Notes: generated by a model not told the origin, from the sequence alone. Shown: positions 1-10,579, numbered from the stretch's first letter. The stretch is DNA of 64,000 nt from Bdellovibrionales bacterium (GCA_009692515.1 SHZA01000005.1:2517-66516), one strand, 5' to 3'. Translations and numbers: made by a program.

Positions 1-4
1 CCGT

Positions 5-889
5 CTAGGTCATGGCCTCTACGCCACCGATGATCTCCATTAACTCTTTTGTAATCGCTGCTTGTCGTGCTTTGTTATACAGCAAGGTGAGATGATCGAT
101 CATCTCCGATGCATTTTTTGTCGCACTTTCCATAGCCGACATTCGCGCGCCATGCTCACTTGCTACCGATTCCAAAACACATCTAAAAAACTGCATATAA
201 AAATGCTTGGGCACAATTTCATTTAAAATTTCTGTTTTTGAGGGTTCAAAAATATAACTTTTAAGTCGCAGATCCTCTCCGGCCTTTAAAATTCCCACTA
301 CCCCTTCGGGGGCCTCGGTGGAAATAGGAATGAGTCTCTCTGTAGTTATATTTTGCTGAATCGCAGATTTGAATTCGTTGTAGACCAAATAAATGGCGTC
401 GAACTCCTCTTTTTGGTAGGCCTCTAAAATTTCATGCGCAATAGCAGAGGCCTTTGCGTAAGTTACCTTTCCTAACAGTCCTTCATGACAGGTAGAAATA
501 GGATGTCGTTTTTTAAAAAAGTCCTGCGCTTTTTTGCCAATCACGTCGAGAGTCACCTCCACTCCCGCAGCCTGCTTTACCTTTATAAATTTCAGCGCCT
601 CTTTAAATACATTGGCATTAAAGGATCCACAAAGACCCCTGTCACCTGCCACCACAATTAATCGAACCCTTTTTTCTTCGCGCGAAACTAAAAGAGGATG
701 CTGAATTCCCTCTTGTTGAAAAAGTGAAAGCAGAATCGAATAAATACGATAAGCAAAAGGCCTTGTGTTTAAAATGGCCTCTTGAGATCGGCGCAGCTTA
801 GCAGCCGCTACCATTTTCATAGCACGCGTGATCTGCCGTGTGTTTTGAACCGAGCCAATTCGTTTTCGTATTTCCTTGCGATCTGCCAT
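5..889 (-). CDS. atpG: F0F1 ATP synthase gamma subunit
   Basis: The 294-aa ORF has a typical gamma-chain N-terminus (MADRKEIRKRIGSVQNTRQITRAMKMVAAAKLRR) and lies immediately downstream of atpA on the same strand. Confidence 0.9.
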   Translation of the reverse strand: MADRKEIRKRIGSVQNTRQITRAMKMVAAAKLRRSQEAILNTRPFAYRIYSILLSLFQQEGIQHPLLVSREEKRVRLIVVAGDRGLCGSFNANVFKEALKFIKVKQAAGVEVTLDVIGKKAQDFFKKRHPISTCHEGLLGKVTYAKASAIAHEILEAYQKEEFDAIYLVYNEFKSAIQQNITTERLIPISTEAPEGVVGILKAGEDLRLKSYIFEPSKTEILNEIVPKHFYMQFFRCVLESVASEHGARMSAMESATKNASEMIDHLTLLYNKARQAAITKELMEIIGGVEAMT

Positions 890-901
890 TAGCTTTTCTC
901 T

Positions 902-2410
902 CTACGCGAAAGTTGTCCCAAACTCTTCTAAAGCCTTCGTCAAACTAGTTTTCACTTGGTCATCAATGGCTTTTTTAGTTTTGATTTCTTCAAATAGTTT
1001 TGGATATTTTTGATCAATAAACTCAAACAATCCTTTTTCGTAAGAACCCACACGGTCCACCGGAATTTTATCTAAGAATCCAAAGGTACCCGCGTAAATA
1101 ATTACCACCTGTTTTTCCATCGACAAGGGAACGTACTGTCCCTGTTTTAAGATGGTGACCATTCGCTCTCCTCGAGCCAATTGATCTTGTGTGGCCTTAT
1201 CTAAATCGGAGCCAAACTGAGCAAATGCCGCCATCGCTCGGTACTGCGCCAAGGTCAGACGCAAATTACCTGCAATAGATTTCATCGCTTTCGTTTGAGC
1301 GCTTCCACCCACACGAGAAACAGAAAGGCCCACGTTAATAGCTGGACGAATTCCAGAATAAAAAAGATCCGTATCTAGAAATATCTGCCCATCGGTAATC
1401 GAAATTACGTTGGTAGGAATGTAGGCCGATACGTCACCGGCCTGAGTTTCAATAATAGGAAGTGCTGTTAAACTTCCGCCACCCTCTTTGTCACTCAATT
1501 TCGCAGCCCGTTCTAATAAACGACTGTGAATATAAAAGACATCTCCAGGATAGGCCTCTCTACCCGGCGGACGTCTTAGCAATAAAGATAGTTGTCGATA
1601 AGCAGCCGCCTGTTTAGTTAAGTCGTCATAAACGATAAGAGCATGCTTTCCATTATCACGGAACCATTCTCCCATAGTGACACCCGCATAAGGCGCAATG
1701 TATTGGAGCGGAGCTGCGGCACTCGCCGTTTCTGAAACCACAATAGTATATTCCATGGCACCCGCTGAACGAAGCTTGTCTACTACCTGCGCGACGGTAG
1801 AATTTTTCTGTCCAATGGCGACGTAAATGCAAAACACCCCTTGGCCCTTTTGGTTGATGATAGTATCCAGCGCAATTGCAGTCTTTCCAGTTTGGCGATC
1901 GCCAATAATAAGTTCTCTCTGCCCACGACCGATAGGAACCATCGCATCAATCGCTTTAATCCCAGTTTGTAAAGGCTCTCTCACCGATTGGCGTTTTACG
2001 ATTCCTGGAGCTTTAATTTCTATGTTTCTAAATTCCTTCGATTCAATAGCGCCCATACCGTCAATCGGCTGGCCTAAAGCATTTACCACTCGACCGACCA
2101 AAGCTTCTCCCACAGGAACCTGAAGAATTTTTCCAGTGCGCTTAACTACGTCACCTTCTTTGACCCCTACAACCTCTCCAAAAACTGCAACTCCGACACT
2201 TTCCTCGTCAAGATTTAAAACAACACCGAAAAGTCCACCGGGAAACTCAACCATTTCACCTGCCATGGCTCCTTGAAGACCATAGATTCGGGCCACACCA
2301 TCTCCCACATTGAGAACGGTTCCCGTTTCAGCAACTTGAACCTCTTTATCAAAGTCTTCAATGCGGTTTCTAATTATGTCACTGATTTCATCGGCACGAA
2401 TTTGCTGCAT
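902..2410 (-). CDS. atpA: F0F1 ATP synthase alpha subunit
   Basis: The 502-aa ORF carries a Walker A motif (GDRQTGKT) and a conserved alpha-subunit sequence throughout. Confidence 0.95.
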   Translation of the reverse strand: MQQIRADEISDIIRNRIEDFDKEVQVAETGTVLNVGDGVARIYGLQGAMAGEMVEFPGGLFGVVLNLDEESVGVAVFGEVVGVKEGDVVKRTGKILQVPVGEALVGRVVNALGQPIDGMGAIESKEFRNIEIKAPGIVKRQSVREPLQTGIKAIDAMVPIGRGQRELIIGDRQTGKTAIALDTIINQKGQGVFCIYVAIGQKNSTVAQVVDKLRSAGAMEYTIVVSETASAAAPLQYIAPYAGVTMGEWFRDNGKHALIVYDDLTKQAAAYRQLSLLLRRPPGREAYPGDVFYIHSRLLERAAKLSDKEGGGSLTALPIIETQAGDVSAYIPTNVISITDGQIFLDTDLFYSGIRPAINVGLSVSRVGGSAQTKAMKSIAGNLRLTLAQYRAMAAFAQFGSDLDKATQDQLARGERMVTILKQGQYVPLSMEKQVVIIYAGTFGFLDKIPVDRVGSYEKGLFEFIDQKYPKLFEEIKTKKAIDDQVKTSLTKALEEFGTTFA

Positions 2411-2421
2411 CTTTCCTCCAA

Positions 2422-2964
2422 TTAACCCGAAATTAAAATATCTTCAAAACTATTTAACCAGCCTACTAAGGAGCCATCGTAAGTCCGGCCCCCGGCAGTG
2501 GCTTTCAGTCCCCCAATTAATGAGGGAACTACGATATAAGTAGCCTCTACCTTTTTTCCTAATAGTGTCTGAAATTTTTCTTCAATTTTTTTCTTTTCAT
2601 CTGCTTCAAGTGTCGTGGCTGTTTCTACAATTAGCGGCATGACATTAGTAGACTCTAAAAGAATTAGCTGCAATCTCTCTGCAATAGAAGCGACTAAACC
2701 CAGTCGTTTCGCAGAGGACAAAACCAATAAAACTCGCTTAGCAGTTTCTGATAAAGATTTTTTTAAAAACAGGTCCTTCAAAATAGCATGGCGATCTTCT
2801 GTGGAATAAATATCACTTGTTAATACCAAGGATAGTTCCGAATGAGTGCTTACGGTTTGTGCAAACTCTTTTAGTTCTGCAATTAAGGATCGGAGATTCG
2901 CTCCATCCTTAACATAATCAAAAATCGCCTTGGCGTACCGATATGAAACTTTATCTTGTGCCAT
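2422..2964 (-). CDS. atpH: F0F1 ATP synthase delta (OSCP) subunit
   Basis: The 180-aa ORF resembles the OSCP/delta family (AKAIFDY...) and sits between atpF and atpA. Confidence 0.85.
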   Translation of the reverse strand: MAQDKVSYRYAKAIFDYVKDGANLRSLIAELKEFAQTVSTHSELSLVLTSDIYSTEDRHAILKDLFLKKSLSETAKRVLLVLSSAKRLGLVASIAERLQLILLESTNVMPLIVETATTLEADEKKKIEEKFQTLLGKKVEATYIVVPSLIGGLKATAGGRTYDGSLVGWLNSFEDILISG

Positions 2965-3433
2965 GACCTACCAACTCCACAAATTCCGATACCAGCTTAT
3001 GCTTATCCTGCGCAGGTAGGTGTTCTCCTAAATAAAGCTCAGCAAGCTCAACACTTCTTTCAATGGCCTCTCGTTGTAAGGCTTTTTTTGCTTTGACCGT
3101 TTCACCCACACTCATCAACTCTGCCTCTTTTTTTATTCGCTCAGATTCCTGCTTCGCCTCAAGGATCGCCTTTTCTTTGAATTTTTTTAGGCTCTCTACG
3201 GCATCGATATGGTTTTGTTTGGCGTGAGTTTGGGCCAGATTCCAATGACTCTCCCATTTTGCGAGCGCTGCATTTGCTTCAAGAGAAAGTTTTTCTGCTT
3301 CACCGATCTGTTTTTTTACCGATTCGGAACGGGCTACTAAAAATTGTCCAAACGGTTTTCTACTAAAATAAACTAAAACAAAAAGCACCACACCGAAATT
3401 TAAGAGGCTCGCAATGACTGTACTTGTTTCCAT
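2951..3433 (-). CDS. atpF: F0F1 ATP synthase subunit b
   Basis: The 160-aa ORF has one N-terminal TM helix followed by a long charged coiled coil, in the expected atp operon position. Confidence 0.8.
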   Translation of the reverse strand: METSTVIASLLNFGVVLFVLVYFSRKPFGQFLVARSESVKKQIGEAEKLSLEANAALAKWESHWNLAQTHAKQNHIDAVESLKKFKEKAILEAKQESERIKKEAELMSVGETVKAKKALQREAIERSVELAELYLGEHLPAQDKHKLVSEFVELVGHGTR

Positions 3434-3435
3434 CT

Positions 3436-3951
3436 CTACCCTTGTATTACCGGTCGATTATTTAAGTTTTTTTTTAAATCACTATTTATGCCTGCAATAC
3501 TCACAGTTTTTCCCACCAATTTACTAGCAATTCGGCTGGCAAAATCTGAAATTAACGGGGAGAGATCTGCCCTAGCCTTTTCGACATCAGTTTTTATCTG
3601 TTTTCTAAGACCGTTTAGTTTTTCACCTACGTCATCACGCGCGGCTTGAGTAATACGATGTTCCTCTTCAGAAATTTTCTTTCGTTCCTCATCCATCCAC
3701 AACGAGGTGGTGCGATGCTCTGCCTTTATAAAATTTTCGTAATCTGCTTTTAGTTTCTCCGCTTTTAGTTTTGCTTTTTCAGCGGCATCTTTAAGTCCGT
3801 GGGTTTTTTGTTCTCGAATGTGGATTAATTCTAGGAGGGGTTTGAAAACCCATAGGTTCATGACAAATAAACTAGATAAAAACAGGGCTAACTGAATCGA
3901 AAACTCGATTGCAAACTGCTGATTTAATACAAGCCCTTCCATTATCTGCAT
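3436..3951 (-). CDS. atpF2: F0F1 ATP synthase subunit b' (second b-type subunit)
   Basis: The 171-aa ORF has an N-terminal TM segment and a K/E-rich coiled coil, and lies directly upstream of atpF as in bacteria that encode b and b'. Confidence 0.7.
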   Translation of the reverse strand: MQIMEGLVLNQQFAIEFSIQLALFLSSLFVMNLWVFKPLLELIHIREQKTHGLKDAAEKAKLKAEKLKADYENFIKAEHRTTSLWMDEERKKISEEEHRITQAARDDVGEKLNGLRKQIKTDVEKARADLSPLISDFASRIASKLVGKTVSIAGINSDLKKNLNNRPVIQG

Positions 3952-4089
3952 GGCGTTCCTCTTAGCATCTTTGTCCGGTTCAAAACTGGCACTGCGTACA
4001 CAGTTTAGATGCTTTTATTTACAGCCGAGGAATGGGCGTGTCAAGGAAGGGGATCGGCTTTTTAGCCAGTGTTTCAAAGGTCTTAGTCG

Positions 4090-4488
4090 TTAGTTTGATT
4101 TTGTTTGGCGGGGTAGACCGGGAAGAGGGCCTAGCATTTTTGTTTTTCCATCAAAGACAGCCCCCTCCTCAATTTGAAGTATCGCAGTCTGAATGGTGCC
4201 ACGAACTACGGCTGGAGCCTGTATCTCGACTCGCTGCGTTGCATATACGTCACCTGAAAAATGGCCTGAAATAATCACAACATCGGCCTCTACCTGGCCC
4301 GTAACCTGTGCTTCATCTCCAATAATTAAGATGTCGGGTGTAAAGATCTCCCCTTTAAAGCTGCCATCAATGCGGGCAGTTCCTTCAAACTGTAAGCGAC
4401 CTTCTAAGTGACAGCCCTTTTGGAGCACCACCGTTATTTCATGACTTCCAGAGGGAAGGTCAAATGGATCCGTTCTGCGTTGAAACAT
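4090..4488 (-). CDS. bactofilin family cytoskeletal protein
   Basis: The 132-aa ORF shows repetitive beta-helix bactofilin (DUF583) sequence (TVVLQKGCHLEGRLQFEGTARIDGSFKGEIFTPDILIIGDEAQVTGQVEADVVIISG). It overlaps the 3' end of parB by 29 nt. Confidence 0.8.
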   Translation of the reverse strand: MFQRRTDPFDLPSGSHEITVVLQKGCHLEGRLQFEGTARIDGSFKGEIFTPDILIIGDEAQVTGQVEADVVIISGHFSGDVYATQRVEIQAPAVVRGTIQTAILQIEEGAVFDGKTKMLGPLPGLPRQTKSN

Positions 4489-5377
4489 TTTCCCCTTTTA
4501 GCTGATCAGCAAGGCGCATTAAATCTTCGCGCGTTGAATAGGTAATTTGAATTAATCCCTGCTTTTCAGAACCCACAATTTTCACCATGGTTCCAAAAAT
4601 TCTCTTGAGATCCTCTTCTAGAGCTCTTACATGAATATTTTCTGGCGTCGGTGTGGTGGTATCCTTATTTTTGTCGCGAAGATATTCGTTCACTTTGCGC
4701 TCTGTTTCACGAACAGATAGTTTTTTCTTCACTATCATTTCGCGAACGGCCATTTGGTCATCGGCCGATTCTAAAGATAACAATGCTCTAGCATGACCCA
4801 TCGTTATATTACCCGCCGTGATGTCTTCGCGAATCACTGCTGGCAATCTTAGTAAGCGCAACATGTTGGCAATAGTTGCTCTGTTTTTTCCAACACGCGT
4901 TGCAATATCTTCTTGAGACAATTGAAATTCATCCATCAATTGTTGGTAGGCAATCGCCTCTTCAATACAGTTTAAATCTTCTCGTTGAATATTTTCAATG
5001 ATCGCCATTTCTAAGGAGGTTTGGTCGCCATCGATCTCTTTTACTACTACAGGAACCTGTTTAAGCCCCGCACGCTGAGCAGCTCGCCATCGACGCTCAC
5101 CGGCGATCAATTCATATCGGCCATCTTTTTGTCTAACAATTAAAGGTTGAATGATTCCATGAACCTTAACCGACTCTACAAGCTCATCGAGAGCCTCTTT
5201 TTTAAAAATTTTTCTGGGTTGATAGGTATTAGGAACAATCTTTTCGATATCACAATAAAAGAAATCTTTCTTATATTGAGAGCCTGGCAATGTGCCTTCT
5301 GGGCCCTGCGCCTCGGGAATTAAAGAGGCCAAGCCTCGTCCCAGTGGTTTTTTTCTGTCAAGATCAAGAGTTGCCAT
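4460..5377 (-). CDS. parB: chromosome partitioning protein ParB/Spo0J
   Basis: The 305-aa ORF contains the ParB box ([31 protein letters not shown]) and an HTH. It is downstream of parA, overlapping it by 14 nt. Confidence 0.9.
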   Translation of the reverse strand: MATLDLDRKKPLGRGLASLIPEAQGPEGTLPGSQYKKDFFYCDIEKIVPNTYQPRKIFKKEALDELVESVKVHGIIQPLIVRQKDGRYELIAGERRWRAAQRAGLKQVPVVVKEIDGDQTSLEMAIIENIQREDLNCIEEAIAYQQLMDEFQLSQEDIATRVGKNRATIANMLRLLRLPAVIREDITAGNITMGHARALLSLESADDQMAVREMIVKKKLSVRETERKVNEYLRDKNKDTTTPTPENIHVRALEEDLKRIFGTMVKIVGSEKQGLIQITYSTREDLMRLADQLKGENVSTQNGSI

Positions 5378-6287
5378 GTTCGATACCTTTCTGTTCGGTC
5401 ATTCTAATTTCATTTAAAATTTCTACTGGAATTGATAAAATATCTTCCGTAATCGATTCCTCAGTCTCAACCTTTACTTGGGGTTTTGTCTCTGCCGTTT
5501 TTTCAGGCCCCTCTAATCGCCTTATAACCTCTTGGGCTAAGCTTAAATAACTCTGAGATCCTGTAGAGCTAATGTCATAGAGCAACACAGGTTTTCCATG
5601 GCTAGGACTCTCACTCAATTTTACATTTCTTGGAATCACCGTATCAAATACAGTACTCTTGAAGTGACTCTTCACCTCAGTTACCACCTGTCTTGAAAGA
5701 TTATTTCGAGAATCAAACATCGTTAATAAAATTCCCAGCTGCTGCAAATCTTTGTTTAATCCTTTTCGAATAAGCTCTGCCGTATGTAAAAACTGTCCCA
5801 ATCCTTCCATTGCATAATACTCGCACTGAAGTGGAATTAAATAGTAGTTGGCGGCTGTTAAGGCATTAAGTGTTAAAAGACCTAAAGAGGGCGGGCAGTC
5901 GATAAAAATATAATCAAACTTCATGCCTTCAGCTTTTAATAACTCTTCAAAGGCATTTTTTAATCTAGTCTCTCGTGCAATAGCCTGAACTAATTCAATC
6001 TCTGCACCACTCAAATTGTTGTCTGAGGGACAAACCTTTAAAAACTCAAGGTCGGTGGGATAGATGGCCTCTCGCATTGGTAAATCGTCGATTAGAACAT
6101 GATAAATGTTTTTATCAATGAACAATCCTTTTTGAATGCCTAATCCACTCGATGCATTTCCCTGCGGATCAAGATCCACTAATAAAACTTTTTTCTCAGC
6201 AGCAGCAACCGAAGCCGCAAGATTCACTGCTGTCGTGGTTTTTCCGACTCCACCCTTTTGATTCGCAATTGCTATAATGTTTGCCAT
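5364..6287 (-). CDS. parA: chromosome partitioning ATPase ParA/Soj, with an acidic C-terminal extension of about 50 aa
   Basis: The ORF has a deviant Walker A motif ([20 protein letters not shown]). At 307 aa it is longer than the usual ~255 aa because of a Glu/Thr-rich tail. Confidence 0.9.
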   Translation of the reverse strand: MANIIAIANQKGGVGKTTTAVNLAASVAAAEKKVLLVDLDPQGNASSGLGIQKGLFIDKNIYHVLIDDLPMREAIYPTDLEFLKVCPSDNNLSGAEIELVQAIARETRLKNAFEELLKAEGMKFDYIFIDCPPSLGLLTLNALTAANYYLIPLQCEYYAMEGLGQFLHTAELIRKGLNKDLQQLGILLTMFDSRNNLSRQVVTEVKSHFKSTVFDTVIPRNVKLSESPSHGKPVLLYDISSTGSQSYLSLAQEVIRRLEGPEKTAETKPQVKVETEESITEDILSIPVEILNEIRMTEQKGIEHGNS

Positions 6288-6646
6288 AATTTTGTACGGA
6301 CCTAGTTAAAATATGTGTTTGATATTTTTATCATATTAATTTTAGATCTTCAAAATTTTTTATTAATAATAAATATCGAATCCTGTTTCTTTGTAACTAA
6401 AATCGCTCTTTTTTTTCTGTCCATTGTTTGAATTATTTGTGCCGCGGCGCACACTAGAAAAATGTTTCCGGAATTCCTACTCTCTCTTTGATCAACCATC
6501 ATATTTTAATTTATCACGGGGTCTCTCCTCGACACTCCACAATAAATAGGATCTGTTGGGCAGTAAGTTCCTCTGTTTTATTTTACGCGCTCACCGATCT
6601 TAATTTAATAGGCGAAAATTTATTTTCAAAATAGAAATCGATGGGG

Positions 6647-6662
6647 TGTTCCACGTGGAACA
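6647..6662. promoter_or_regulatory. parS-like centromere site TGTTCCACGTGGAACA (first of a tandem pair)
   Basis: This is a perfect 16-bp palindrome that differs from the canonical parS TGTTTCACGTGAAACA only at the symmetric positions 5 and 12. It lies between parA and rsmG. Confidence 0.7.
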
Positions 6663-6671
6663 AAATTGGGT

Positions 6672-7307
6672 CTATTTTGTTCCACGTGGAACATAGTCAA
6701 AACTCTCAACTCGTCTAGGGCCACAGTCCATTGGAAGCTCATAATAAAGCTCTCCAGTTTTCACAAAGCCTTTTCCACAAACTATGGGGTCGCTGCTTCC
6801 GCCCACATTTAAAATCAACGTGCTAGATTCTGTCATGCGAGCGCCCATGAATTTAAATAGTTCTGCGGGAGGAAGAACTGCTCTGGCCAAAAATAGGCCC
6901 GTTTGTCTCTCCATAGGAAAGTCTCCGCCCAACCTAATATTCTCTAAATTTAGTGTGGTGAGTACTACCTGAAGAAAGCCCTGCTTCTTTAGCATTCGCT
7001 CATAAATATTTACCTGTGCTTTAGGATAACGAATAGCCGTGATCACACCCGGAAATCCAGCACCCGTACCGAGATCAAATATGGGGCGATTCTTTCTTTT
7101 TGAATCCGCAAAATCGGAAATAAAAATACTATCTACGTAATGGGAGGCAAAGGACCTCTCGATACTTTTTCGAGAAACCAGAGACATGTTCTCGTTCCAG
7201 CTTTTCAGCAGTGCGAAGTGGGCTTCATAGAGTTCGATCTCTCTTTCAGTAGGCTTTGCTAGGTTTGGGAATTTATCTGTAAAATTTTTAAAGTGTTCAG
7301 TTAGCAT
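6672..7307 (-). CDS. rsmG: 16S rRNA (guanine527-N7)-methyltransferase RsmG (GidB)
   Basis: The 211-aa ORF has a SAM-binding motif (FDLGTGAGFPGV) and the conserved gidA-gidB synteny. Confidence 0.9.
   Translation of the reverse strand: MLTEHFKNFTDKFPNLAKPTEREIELYEAHFALLKSWNENMSLVSRKSIERSFASHYVDSIFISDFADSKRKNRPIFDLGTGAGFPGVITAIRYPKAQVNIYERMLKKQGFLQVVLTTLNLENIRLGGDFPMERQTGLFLARAVLPPAELFKFMGARMTESSTLILNVGGSSDPIVCGKGFVKTGELYYELPMDCGPRRVESFDYVPRGTK
6678..6693. promoter_or_regulatory. parS-like site TGTTCCACGTGGAACA (second, 31 bp from the first)
   Basis: The 16-mer is identical to the first site. It overlaps the last codons of rsmG (VPRGTK). Confidence 0.7.
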
Positions 7308-9223
7308 AATGTTTTATGAAGGAGATCCGTTTTTTGTCGAATATGAAAAGAGAGGGCTGAAAGAGCTGCTGGGGTAACTCCGGAAATATTGGCGGCATCG
7401 GCTAGTGTGGCAGGTCTAAATTTTTCCAATTTCTCTCTTGTCTCAATCGAGAGTCCTGAGACGGTGCTATATTTCAAAACGGAAGGAATGATCATGGTTT
7501 TAAGTTTTTTTAGTCGTTCGATCTCCAATTTTTGCATGGCCACATAACCTTCATATTTGACCTCTATTTCTATGGTCTCAGCTGTTTGGCGATCAAGGAT
7601 TGCTGGGGCTGTGACATCGGATACCGCCAAGACCTCTATTAATGATAGTTCGGGTCGTTTAATCAAGGAGTCTAGATTTTGTCCATGAACCATTGGGGAG
7701 AGTCCTTTACTTGCCAGAAGAGCCTGTACCTTTTCAGTGGGTTTTAGAAATGTCTTTTTAAGAAATATTTGGGTGGCCTTAATGATCTGAATTCGTTCCT
7801 CTAGCTGCTGTTTCTGAATTTCGCTGAGCAGTCCTAAAGCCAGTGCGTATTGGCTCAGGCGTTGGTCTGCATTGTCCTCTCTTAATGAGAGTCGATATTC
7901 TGCTCTTGAGGTAAACATTCGATAGGGCTCATTGATTCCAAGGGATGTTAGGTCATCTATCATAACTCCAATATACGATTCGGTTCTAGATAGGGTGAAT
8001 GGGTCGCGTCCTTGGGATAATAGAGCCGCATTAATTCCCGCAATCAAGCCCTGCGCGGCGGCCTCCTCATAGCCTGAGGTCCCATTAACCTGGCCTCCAA
8101 GAAATAGACCGCTCACCTCTTGCGATTCTAAGGTGGCCTTTAATTGTTTTGGGTCGATACAGTCATACTCAACAGCATAACCATATCTAGCTATCTTTAC
8201 CTGGTCGCATCCGGGAATCGCTCTAATAAAGGTATCCTGCACATCTGCGGGCAGACTTGTAGAGATGCCATTGGGATAGATCCAATTAGAATCTAGGGCC
8301 TCGGGTTCAAAAAACAGCTGGTGTCTATTTTTTTCTGGAAATTTTACTACCTTATCTTCGATAGAGGGGCAATATCTTGGACCCACGCCTTTGATCTCTC
8401 CGCTATATAAAGGTGATCGATGCAGATTATCTCTTATCGCCTGGTGCGTTTTTTCATTCGTAAAGGTAAGAAAGCAGGATATTTGGGGCAGGGCGATTGA
8501 GCTATCCCAGAAACTAAACTTATGGGGCGGTTGATCGCCTTGTTGCTCCTCCATCTGTGAAAAATCGATAGACTCAGAAAGCAGTCTCGCTGGTGTTCCC
8601 GTCTTCAAACGTAATAGTTTAAATCCCAGATCCCTAAGGTGATCGGAAAGACCTAAAGACGGGGCCTCTCCAAATCGCCCGCCTTCCGACTTTTCAAGTC
8701 CCGTATGCATTACCGCCTTCATAAAGGTACCCGCAGTAATAACCACGGCCTTTGCATAAACCTCTTCAGACTCGCCATTATGTTTTAGCGTTCTAATTCC
8801 TTTAATTGTAGAGCCTTCAACCAGTAGAGCCTTGACCTCTCCATGATAGACCTCTAGTCCGGGAGTTTCCTTAATCACCCTTTGCATTCGTAAAGCGTAT
8901 TGCCTTTTATCGGCCTGACATCTTGAGGATTGAACTGCGCTCCCTTTTCTGGTGTTCAATCTTTTAAATTGAATCCCTGTAAAGTCTGCATTTCTTCCCA
9001 TCTCGCCACCTAGGGCATCAATCTCTTTAACCAGCTGGCCTTTGCCAACGCCACCAATGGATGGATTGCATGACATTTCTGCAATCTTTGAGGGATCCAT
9101 ACTCACAAGAAGTGTAGAGCTGCCCATTCTAGCCGAGACAAGAGCCGCCTCACAGCCAGCGTGTCCGCCACCAATCACAACCACATCAAAATGTTTCACG
9201 TGGAACAATTTATTACTTTCCAA
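7301..9223 (-). CDS. mnmG: tRNA uridine 5-carboxymethylaminomethyl modification enzyme MnmG (GidA)
   Basis: The 640-aa ORF has an FAD-binding N-terminus (FDVVVIGGGHAGCEAA) and is conserved along its full length. Confidence 0.95.
   Translation of the reverse strand: MESNKLFHVKHFDVVVIGGGHAGCEAALVSARMGSSTLLVSMDPSKIAEMSCNPSIGGVGKGQLVKEIDALGGEMGRNADFTGIQFKRLNTRKGSAVQSSRCQADKRQYALRMQRVIKETPGLEVYHGEVKALLVEGSTIKGIRTLKHNGESEEVYAKAVVITAGTFMKAVMHTGLEKSEGGRFGEAPSLGLSDHLRDLGFKLLRLKTGTPARLLSESIDFSQMEEQQGDQPPHKFSFWDSSIALPQISCFLTFTNEKTHQAIRDNLHRSPLYSGEIKGVGPRYCPSIEDKVVKFPEKNRHQLFFEPEALDSNWIYPNGISTSLPADVQDTFIRAIPGCDQVKIARYGYAVEYDCIDPKQLKATLESQEVSGLFLGGQVNGTSGYEEAAAQGLIAGINAALLSQGRDPFTLSRTESYIGVMIDDLTSLGINEPYRMFTSRAEYRLSLREDNADQRLSQYALALGLLSEIQKQQLEERIQIIKATQIFLKKTFLKPTEKVQALLASKGLSPMVHGQNLDSLIKRPELSLIEVLAVSDVTAPAILDRQTAETIEIEVKYEGYVAMQKLEIERLKKLKTMIIPSVLKYSTVSGLSIETREKLEKFRPATLADAANISGVTPAALSALSFHIRQKTDLLHKTLC
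9193..9208. promoter_or_regulatory. parS-like site TGTTTCACGTGGAACA (hybrid half-sites) inside the mnmG 5' coding region
   Basis: The 16-mer has one canonical half (TGTTTCAC) and one variant half (GTGGAACA). It encodes LFHVKH of MnmG on the minus strand. Confidence 0.6.
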
Positions 9224-10577
9224 TGCAAAAATCGGAGAAAATCCGACCTAAAACCTCATCGACATCGACCTTCCCTACCACATTTTCAATCTGTACCATA
9301 ATGTTTCGGTTTTTTTCTGATAAGATTTCAGGCGGAAGACCAAGAAGTACCGTTTGTCTCATCTCATTTAACAAAAGCAAAACCCCTTCCAGGCGACTTG
9401 CCTGCACGGCAGTAGGAATAGGCCCGCTTTGCCCTAAAACAATCGTTTGGCTTCGACCCTCTAGTTTCTGCCAAAATATCTCCATCTCTATATTAGAAAA
9501 TACCGAACCAGACACTGTAATCGCTTCCAGTTCTTTAGAAACGGCCCGCCAGCCAGAAAGATCCTTCTTGTTCCAGAGAATAAAATGGGGGGTCTCAGCG
9601 TATTTTTTTAAAAGTTCTTTTTCCTTCTCGGTGATTCCTTCGGTTCCATCAACTACCAAGATCCACATTGAGGCAGAGGCCAAAAAGGCGGCGCCCAATT
9701 CAATTCCCTCCTTTTCAATGGTATTAACCGTCGGTCTAATTCCGGCGGTATCCACTACGGTCCATGGACGATCTAGAATTTCGAATGTTTCCTCGATTAC
9801 ATCTCGAGTGGTTCCTGGCTCTTCGGAAACGATAGCCCGATACCTTCCCAATATAGAATTAAATAAGGACGACTTTCCAGCATTAGGCCGACCCACCAAC
9901 ACCAATTTTGGGAGGGTGTTTCCACCCCGAAAGCGTGAGTATCTCTGAGTAACCTCTGAGCACTCGCGAGTAATCTGATCAATTACGCTCAATGAGTGCT
10001 CAGAAACGGTTGCGTATTCCTCAGAGAAATCTACTGCGGTATCTAACAGGGCCTGTAGTCCAATTAATTTAGATCTCAAACTACCGATCTTTTTTTCTAA
10101 TTCTCCATCTTTTCTGGAATAGATGGCCTCTAGATCTGCGGTATGAACGGCCTTAAATACATCGGCTAGGTTCTCTAGTTCTGCTGTCGTCTGCTTTCCA
10201 TTCAACATTGCCCTATATGAAAACTCCCCTTTTTCAGCAGGACGAGCCAAGTGAAGTAACAGCTCCTTCTCTAGGGCATGTACCACGGCAATAGATCCAT
10301 GACAGTGAAACTCTATCGTATCATCGCCAGAATGGGAGTGGGGTGCCACAAAACTAATCAGTACAATGTCATCAATTTTTTTCTGCGTACTCGCGCGAAG
10401 CTCGCCAAACCACATAGCTCGCTTTTTAGAAAGTGTTTCGCCATTAGAGAAAAACAAACGATCTGCAATGGTAAATGCCTGGCTTCCAGACAACTTTACA
10501 ATCGCCACTGCGGAGGGAAGGGTTCCCGTAGTAAGAGCAAAAATAGTGTCCGCTAAACTTAGGTTTTTACGCAACAT
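9213..10577 (-). CDS. mnmE: tRNA modification GTPase MnmE (TrmE)
   Basis: The 454-aa ORF has a G domain (GRPNAGKSSLFN, DTAG) and the C-terminal CIGK motif. Confidence 0.95.
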   Translation of the reverse strand: MLRKNLSLADTIFALTTGTLPSAVAIVKLSGSQAFTIADRLFFSNGETLSKKRAMWFGELRASTQKKIDDIVLISFVAPHSHSGDDTIEFHCHGSIAVVHALEKELLLHLARPAEKGEFSYRAMLNGKQTTAELENLADVFKAVHTADLEAIYSRKDGELEKKIGSLRSKLIGLQALLDTAVDFSEEYATVSEHSLSVIDQITRECSEVTQRYSRFRGGNTLPKLVLVGRPNAGKSSLFNSILGRYRAIVSEEPGTTRDVIEETFEILDRPWTVVDTAGIRPTVNTIEKEGIELGAAFLASASMWILVVDGTEGITEKEKELLKKYAETPHFILWNKKDLSGWRAVSKELEAITVSGSVFSNIEMEIFWQKLEGRSQTIVLGQSGPIPTAVQASRLEGVLLLLNEMRQTVLLGLPPEILSEKNRNIMVQIENVVGKVDVDEVLGRIFSDFCIGK

Positions 10578-10579
10578 AA

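Noticed and set aside
1827-4411. Several 60-98 aa ORFs (1827-2123, 2361-2543, 2615-2809, 4032-4274, 4193-4411) on the strand opposite the atp and bactofilin genes
   Set aside because: All of them are embedded antisense in conserved genes, have no RBS and show a low-complexity translation.
6415-6495. Overlapping short palindromes GCCGCGGC and TTCCGGAATTCC in the parA upstream region
   Set aside because: They are short (8 bp), unrepeated and could be chance. There is no evidence for an operator beyond the palindromy.
9223-9948. 241-aa plus-strand ORF
   Set aside because: It lies entirely antisense within the well-conserved mnmE gene, has low complexity and no motifs, and is a typical shadow ORF.
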